From contig BPJM01000001.1 of NCBI GenBank assembly GCA_026004615.1, positions 358,733-422,732 on the forward strand: a DNA stretch of 64,000 bases, written 5' to 3'. The notes under the pieces are model-generated. The model was not told where the DNA came from and ran no database searches. It was given only the letters and a program-made list of their open reading frames with translations. Of the stretch, positions 60,460 through 64,000 are shown in pieces (position 1 is the first letter of the stretch; every line of letters begins with the position of its first letter). This DNA is from Planctomycetota bacterium (GTDB taxonomy: Bacteria; Planctomycetota; J058; J103). The position numbers and the translations under genes are program-made.

Positions 60460-62127
60460 CTATAGACGGGTCGCGGCCCCCCGCCGTCCGACACAGCCGA
60501 GCGAGCCACCGGCGGAGGGCGTACCGGTCCTCGTGCCGGGAAGGACGGCTGAGGGTGGGACCGAGGCGGCCGCCCTCGCTCGCAGCGGCTTGGTCGCCGC
60601 AGCCGGGGCCGGGGCAGGTCCGGTGGGGGCGAGGCGGCGGCGCCGCGGCCGGTCCGCCAGCCCCAGGCCGTGGGCGAGGCCGAGCAGCCCGACGAACAGA
60701 AACCCCGCGGCATAGAGCGCCAAAAACGGGCCCACCAGATACTGCCCGCGCGCGAGGTAGACCCCGAGCGAATACGCGCAGTACAGCCCCAGCGCCACCT
60801 CGAGCGGGATCACCGCCTTGTGCCGCGCGCGGTAGCGCTTGCGCTCGCGCTCGCCCCGCTTGGGCGTGCGCTCGAACGGACTGGCGCGCCCCAGCAGCGC
60901 CTGGAGCACCGCGCGCGTGTTGGAGACGGCGATCCCCATCCCCACCGCCACCAGCGCCGGCAGGTACAGCAGGCGCCGGCGCCAGTCGGGGTAGGCGGCG
61001 CGCTGGCTCACCGCATAGAGCGCGCTGGGCGCCGCCATCGCCAGCGCCAGCGCGCCGGCGAGCAGGGCGAACAGCGCCGGGCCGAGCCGTAGCTCCACGA
61101 CCAGCAGCACCGGCAGCGCCAGCAGCGCCACCACCAACATGAGGGGATGGACCAGGTAGTGGGTCAGGTGCAGCAACGCCTGGAGCCTGGTGAACGCCGG
61201 CAGCGGCGCGCGCAACAGCTGCGGCAGCAGTTTCTTCGCCGTCTGGATGGAGCCCTTGGCCCAGCGGAACTGCTGGCTCTTGAAGGCGCCGAGATCCTCG
61301 GGGATCTCCGCCGGCACCACCACGTCCGGCACATAATAGGTGCGCCAGCCGGCGAGCTGGGCGCGGTAGCTCAGATCGAGATCCTCGGTGAGGGTGTCGC
61401 CCTGCCAGCCGCCGGCCCCTTCGATGGCCGCGCGGCGCCACAGGCCGGCCGTGCCGTTGAAGTTCATGAACAGCCCGTTGTAGGCCCGCGCCGACTGTTC
61501 GACCAGGAAATGCCCGTCGATGCCGATCGCCTGGGCGCGCGTGAGCAGCGAGCCCTCGCAGTTGAGATGGCCCCAGCGCGCCTGCACCAACCCCAGCCCC
61601 GGGTCCTCGAGCATGAACGGCACCGTCCGGAGCAAAAAATCCTCCGGCGGCACGAAGTCGGCGTCGAACACCGCGATCAGCTCGCCGCGCGCCCGCTCGA
61701 GCCCGGCGGCCAGCGCCCCCGCCTTGTAGCCGGTGCGGTCCGGCCGCCGCAGCACCTCGACCTCGTGGCCCGCCGCGCGCAGCCGCGCCGCGGTCGCATC
61801 CACCAGCGCGCGCGTCTCGTCGGTCGAATCGTCCAGCACCTGCACCTGGTGGCGCCCCGGCGCCCAGCGCATGCGGCAGGCCGCCTGCATCGCGCGCGCG
61901 GCGACGTTGAACTCGTTGTAGATCGGGATCTGGGTCGTGACCACCGGCAGCTCGGGGCGCTCGAGCAGGCGCGCGTGCCGCGCCCGCACCGCCCGCCGCT
62001 CCTGGGCGGCGGCGCCCGCGCGGCGCCGGAACAGCGCGATCATGACGTAGCAGTTGGCCCCGTAGAGCACCAGTGCCGCGGCCGCGGCGAAGTACGCCGC
62101 CACCGCGAGCGCGCCCCAGACCGGCAT
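60460..62127 (-). CDS. CslA/cellulose-synthase-like processive GT2
   Basis: [53 protein letters not shown]. Confidence 0.9.
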   Translation of the reverse strand: MPVWGALAVAAYFAAAAALVLYGANCYVMIALFRRRAGAAAQERRAVRARHARLLERPELPVVTTQIPIYNEFNVAARAMQAACRMRWAPGRHQVQVLDDSTDETRALVDATAARLRAAGHEVEVLRRPDRTGYKAGALAAGLERARGELIAVFDADFVPPEDFLLRTVPFMLEDPGLGLVQARWGHLNCEGSLLTRAQAIGIDGHFLVEQSARAYNGLFMNFNGTAGLWRRAAIEGAGGWQGDTLTEDLDLSYRAQLAGWRTYYVPDVVVPAEIPEDLGAFKSQQFRWAKGSIQTAKKLLPQLLRAPLPAFTRLQALLHLTHYLVHPLMLVVALLALPVLLVVELRLGPALFALLAGALALAMAAPSALYAVSQRAAYPDWRRRLLYLPALVAVGMGIAVSNTRAVLQALLGRASPFERTPKRGERERKRYRARHKAVIPLEVALGLYCAYSLGVYLARGQYLVGPFLALYAAGFLFVGLLGLAHGLGLADRPRRRRLAPTGPAPAPAAATKPLRARAAASVPPSAVLPGTRTGTPSAGGSLGCVGRRGAATRL

Positions 62128-62447
62128 GACCGCGAGCCCCCCTGGTGCGGCGTGCGACCGGCTCGATCGTAGCGGGCCCGCCGCGGCGTGCCACCGGTGG
62201 TATCTCCGGCCCGGCCGGCGCATTCCCGGCTCCGCGCCCGCGGCCCGCCCGGCGGCTCGGCCCCCGGCAGGAGCCGCCCCCCGGCGAGGACGAGCACGCG
62301 CCCGGGGCTTGCCGGCGAGCGGGAATGCGCGGGGGGGCTACGAGCATACGGATGTTCGAGTCGCCGGCCGCGGGGCTCCGCGGCGGCGGCGCCGGAGCCT
62401 TGGCGCGCGGCCTGCCACCGCACGGGGAAACCACGAGGAGGAGCGCG

Positions 62448-63503
62448 ATGGAGGTTGAGATGCCCGCGGGTCGGAGACCGCGCGCCCGTGCCGGCAGCCG
62501 CCTGGGCTGGCGCCGGGCTCAGGCCGCGCTCGCGCCCCTGCTCGCGGCCGCGTGGGCGCTCGGCGGACCCGGCGCCGGCGCCGCCGCGGCGGCGCCGGAG
62601 GGCTCGGCGTTCGAGTTCGAGCGCAACCCCGGGGTCCGGCACGCGGTGCCGCTCGAGGAGATCGAAAAGGGGATCCCGCGGTCCGACCCGCGCGACGCGA
62701 TCCCGCCGCTGTATGCGCCGCGCCTGGTGCCTGCCGCCGAGGCGGGCTATCTCGCCGATGGCGACCGCGTGCTGGGGCTGGTGCTGCAGGGCGTGGCGCG
62801 CGCCTACCCGATTCGGCTGCTCGAGCGCCACGAGGTGGTCAACGACCGGTTCGGCGATCGCCCGGTGGTGATCTCCTACTGCCCGCTGTGCGCGAGCGGC
62901 ACCGCCTTCGAGGGGAAGGTCGGCGGCGCACCGGCGCGCTTCGGGGTCTCGGGCTACCTCTACCAGTCCGACCTGCTGCTGTGGGATCACCGCACGGAGA
63001 GCTTCTGGAGCCAGATCGAGGGACGGGCGGTGGTCGGCCCCGCGACGGGCGAGCGGCTGGAGCTGCTGCCGGTGGAGAACACGACCTGGGGGCGCTGGCG
63101 AGCGCTCCACCCCCGGACCGAGGTGCTGGCGCGCGAGCAGGGCATCTATCCGCCCGCGGTCTACGAGCGCGAGGCGTACCCCGGCTACGCGCAGAGCGAG
63201 CGCATCGTGTTCCCGGTCAAGCACCGGAGCGATCGCTACCCGCCCAAGACGATCGTCGCGGGCGTGGTGATCGACGGGCTGGCGCGCTGCTGGCCGCTGC
63301 CCGAGCTGGAGCGCGCGGCCGCCGCCTCGTTCGCCGACCGGGTGGGCGAGACGGCGGTGCGGGTGCACTTCGACCGCCAGAGCGGCACGGTGCGGGTCGT
63401 GGGGCCGGCCGGCGAGCCGCTGCCGGTGTTGCGCGCCTTTTGGTTCGCCTGGTACACCTTCCACCCCCGGACCGAGGTCTGGACGGCGCCGGCGAGTCGG
63501 TGA
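62448..63503 (+). CDS. DUF3179 domain secreted protein
   Basis: [53 protein letters not shown]; RBS GAGGAGG. Confidence 0.88.
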   Translation: MEVEMPAGRRPRARAGSRLGWRRAQAALAPLLAAAWALGGPGAGAAAAAPEGSAFEFERNPGVRHAVPLEEIEKGIPRSDPRDAIPPLYAPRLVPAAEAGYLADGDRVLGLVLQGVARAYPIRLLERHEVVNDRFGDRPVVISYCPLCASGTAFEGKVGGAPARFGVSGYLYQSDLLLWDHRTESFWSQIEGRAVVGPATGERLELLPVENTTWGRWRALHPRTEVLAREQGIYPPAVYEREAYPGYAQSERIVFPVKHRSDRYPPKTIVAGVVIDGLARCWPLPELERAAAASFADRVGETAVRVHFDRQSGTVRVVGPAGEPLPVLRAFWFAWYTFHPRTEVWTAPASR

Positions 63504-63550
63504 GGTGGCGAGAGGCCGCGCCCCCGGCGGGCGCCCGGAGCGAGGGAGCC

Positions 63551-64000
63551 ATGGCCTACGTACGCACCATCCCGCCTGCCGAGGCCGCAGGGGCGCTGCG
63601 CCTGGTCTATGACCGCATCGCCGAGGAGCGGGGCGGCGTCGCCGCCATCCACCAGGTCGCCTCGCTGCGGCCCGATCTGGTGGGCGCGCACTTCCGCTTC
63701 TACAAGAGCCTCATGTTCGCGGAGGGCGGGCTGGGACGGCGGCTGCGGGAGCGGATCGCGGTCGCGGTCTCGGCGGCGAACGGCTGCCGGTACTGCGAGG
63801 CGCACCACGGCGAGGCGCTGTGCCGGCTGGGCGGCGCGCCCGCGGGCCCGCCCGCCGATGCGCGCGAGGCGGCGCTCGATGCGTTCGCGCGCAAGCTCAC
63901 CCAAGAGCCCACCGCCTGCGGGGCGGCGGACATCGAGGCGCTGCGCGCGGCGGGGCTCACCGATCCGGAGATCGTGGATGCCGTCTTCGTCGCCAGCTAT
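63551..64000 (+). CDS. AhpD/carboxymuconolactone-decarboxylase-like peroxidase-related enzyme (runs off the window; absent from the ORF track)
   Basis: Hand translation from ATG 63551 (RBS GAGGGAG): MAYVRTIPPAEAAGALRLVYDRI...RERIAVAVSAANGCRYCEAHH...FARKLT...LRAAGLTDPEI. Confidence 0.85.
   Translation, partial: MAYVRTIPPAEAAGALRLVYDRIAEERGGVAAIHQVASLRPDLVGAHFRFYKSLMFAEGGLGRRLRERIAVAVSAANGCRYCEAHHGEALCRLGGAPAGPPADAREAALDAFARKLTQEPTACGAADIEALRAAGLTDPEIVDAVFVASY

Noticed and set aside
58127-62434. Very long ORFs such as 58127..62434(-), 45501..48785(-), 40277..42841(-), 34934..37888(-) and 5291..7702(-)
   Set aside because: Antisense or alternate-frame shadows of clear genes; Arg/Ala/Gly/Pro-rich with no motifs, as expected at this GC.
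62448-64000. Selenocysteine in DUF3179 or the AhpD-like protein
   Set aside because: Both CxxC motifs use TGC codons; no in-frame TGA was seen.

Overview
Very GC-rich (roughly three quarters G+C by eye), gene-dense bacterial chromosome segment from a diderm. The gene content (GYF_2 membrane protein, maltoporin-like channel, archease-RtcB, QEGLA peptidase) suggests a Planctomycetota/Myxococcota-like organism, but that is inference only. I find about 52 real CDSs; most long ORFs in the track are antisense or alternate-frame shadows. I saw no rRNA, tRNA, CRISPR array, integrase or transposase. Main blocks: (1) acs divergent from an R2-like ligand-binding oxidase (R2lox) / epoxide hydrolase / crotonase / ppa / persulfide dioxygenase run; (2) a small-partner + nucleotidyltransferase (TA-like) pair; (3) a minus-strand run of FAD lactone oxidase, two paralogous membrane FHA proteins, a PPTase and a QEGLA/DUF1704 metallopeptidase; (4) a complete starch/maltodextrin locus (zinc-ribbon-bearing porin, lipoprotein GH15 and GH13, MalK, fused MalE-MalF, MalG) with near-consensus divergent promoters; (5) a stress/dormancy cluster (HPF-CSD, archease, RtcB, Hsp20, Lon, rhomboid, NhaD-type transporter, Usp, PolX, SodC, PfpI, PncB); (6) gltA, a GT-C/TIGR04283-type GT2 fusion, a SOS1/SLC9C-like Na+/H+ exchanger with a cNMP-binding domain, NatAB, a CslA-like GT2, DUF3179 and an AhpD-like protein. 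At least 11 single-base frameshifts, including in core genes acs and gltA, most likely reflect sequencing or assembly indels. All family assignments come from motif recognition by eye, not database searches.
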